From Eledone cirrhosa (Eukaryota), in the NCBI GenBank assembly GCA_964016885.1, contig OZ024740.1, positions 23,374,001-23,438,000 on the forward strand: a stretch of DNA of 64,000 nt, written 5' to 3'. A model generated the notes under the pieces. That model was not told where the DNA came from and searched no databases. It was given only the letters and a program-made list of their open reading frames with translations. The translations under genes and the position numbers were made by a program. Below, piece by piece: positions 62,137 to 64,000 of the stretch; position 1 is the first letter of the stretch, and each line of letters opens with the position of its first letter.

Positions 62137-63171
62137 CTATCTACCTTTAATACACTTCATACCCCTTTACTCTAAAATCCGTGTAGATATTACTGTTGTT
62201 TTCTTAACCCAAGGTCATTCGTGATACAGAAGACCTATGACCAAATGCTTTCCAGCCATTACCATCATGTGTTTTTCCAGCACCAGTGAATCTAAAATTA
62301 CATTATACAATGCGCTCTTCCATTTTTACGAAGTGTGATTTGAGGAAGATTTACTTGACGCAGCTGGCAGCTCTAACCACCACCTAGGGGATACTTCATT
62401 TGTTAGTTATATCTAACATGTAATATCTTCATCCTGGACACTATTGATCTCTGGGGTCTTAATACACGCCGCCACTTAACCTTATTCTGCATTTTACCTT
62501 TAATTCTACCTTCACTGTCGTTTGGTGTGTTTGATTGTTTTGTCATATAACTGTGTATCTATATGTCTATATATTTATACATCCTACGTTGGTGTATATG
62601 TTGTGTGAATTCACTGCATATATGACTCTACATACTACATGCAGTGCTTTGTTTCACTGTACATATTTACAGTTCTATTCAGTAAGCATTCAATACCCAC
62701 TTCCGGTCACGAACTACTAGACGTAGTTGTCCATCTCTACAGAACCCCATTTTGGATAGTAGACATTTTCTCTTTGTATTTCTGACCACTTCTTATTTCT
62801 TCGTTTTTTATCATACATTCGACCACACCTTACTGAATTCAATTCTCTACATCTTTCCCTTACATAGCTTCTCCATCTTATTCAATGCCTTCTTTTGTCC
62901 TACTTTTCTATTTGTCTTATTGCATTACCAATTCAATTCAACTGGCCATCATCAGCAGCAGCTTTCCATTCCATTTCATGTCATCCTCCTTATAAAATTT
63001 GTATGTCTCTCGACCAATATTCCATTTCTCTCTTCTTGACCACCCTATCTTACATCAAGAGAGCGCATCTTCCTTACCGTCCTCCGGGGAAACTATTTGT
63101 CCGCCGGGGCTGTGGGGAGGCCACCGATATGATTGACTGACTTGTCATTTTATCAGTCAGATGTTCTAATG

Positions 63172-63217
<46 letters not shown>

Positions 63218-63219
<2 letters not shown>

Positions 63220-64000
63220 AATTGGAGCTCTGAAATAGCAATATATATATGGATGTATATATAATGTATTTTGCAATACACTTTATGCTTACTTAAAAGC
63301 ATTTTGAAGACCGTAAGCTATTGTTTTAAAGTAGTGACAAATTCACTTACTTTGATCTCAGCAAACAGGGGAGATAAGCCGACATGTCTTGTTTCGCTTT
63401 GGTTGAAGCTTATCAAGGCCAACTACCCCTCCTGTCTACCGAGATCACTGATGTTATATTCTTATAGAAATCTAGTAAATAATCAGGAGCTGATTATGCA
63501 GAGCGGTTGTTGGTCAGGCAGAAATTAAAAATTAGAATTGGAGCTCTGAAATAGCAATATATATATGGATGTATATATAATGTATTTTGCAATACACTTT
63601 ATGCTTAATTAAAAGCATTTTGAAGACCGTAAGCTATTGTTTTAAAGTAGTGACAAATTCACTTACTTTGATCTCAGCAAACAGGGGAGATAAGCCGACA
63701 AGTCTTGATTCGCTTTGGTTGAAGCTTATCAAGGCCAACTACCCCTCCTGTCTACCGAGATCACTGATGTTATATTCTTATAGAAATCTAGTAAATAATC
63801 AGGAGCTGATTATGCAGAGCAGTTGTTGGTCAGGCAGAAATTAAAAATTAGAATTGGAGCTTCAAAATGCTTTTAATTAAGCATAAAGTGTATTGCAAAA
63901 TACATTATATATACATCCATATATATATTGCTATTTCAGAGCTCCAATTCTAATTTATAATTTCTGCCTGACCAACAACCACTCTGCATAATCAGCTCCT
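63218..64000. mobile_element. family N: non-coding 316-bp tandem hammerhead-like unit followed by an inverted arm that runs off the window
   Basis: AGAATTGGAGCT at 63218, 63534 and 63850; inversion at ~63860; starts at (TA)n. Confidence 0.88.
63378..63419 (-). ncRNA. hammerhead fold with variant core TTGATAA (second copy 63694-63735)
   Basis: Minus strand: GCC-TTGATAA-GCTT caacca AAGC-GAAA-CAAG a C(A/T)TG-TC-GGC. Confidence 0.6.

Noticed and set aside
63448-63482. Opposite-polarity hammerhead CTGATGT-TATA ttct TATA-GAAA in family N
   Set aside because: Core mismatch and no stem I; plausible by chance in AT-rich sequence.

Overview
AT-rich, microsatellite-saturated animal DNA, most likely an octopod cephalopod (inferred from the SINE/LINE types and (TA)n density). 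No host gene is confidently visible. Positions 1-41 kb and 63-64 kb are a dense mobile-element field. It holds remnants of three divergent Penelope-like elements (PLEs; RT and/or GIY-YIG), a full-length but decayed Tx1/L1-like LINE in a (TCTA)n tract with a 17-bp TSD, a CR1-like fragment, an RTE-like 5' end, tRNA-derived SINEs and small Helitrons. The main observation is about 20 insertions from at least 10 sequence families, nearly all inside (TA)n, that share one layout: (TA)n-[inverted arm starting at a fixed internal site]-[sense arm, usually with a minimal type I hammerhead ribozyme]-[~50-100 nt tail, often with a GAGTRY motif]-(TA)n. Some are 3' ends of the coding PLEs. Others are non-coding tandem 316-466 bp hammerhead units resembling retrozymes. 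Positions 41-62 kb are almost entirely compound micro/minisatellites, and their long ORFs are probably artefacts. All folds and alignments were done by eye.
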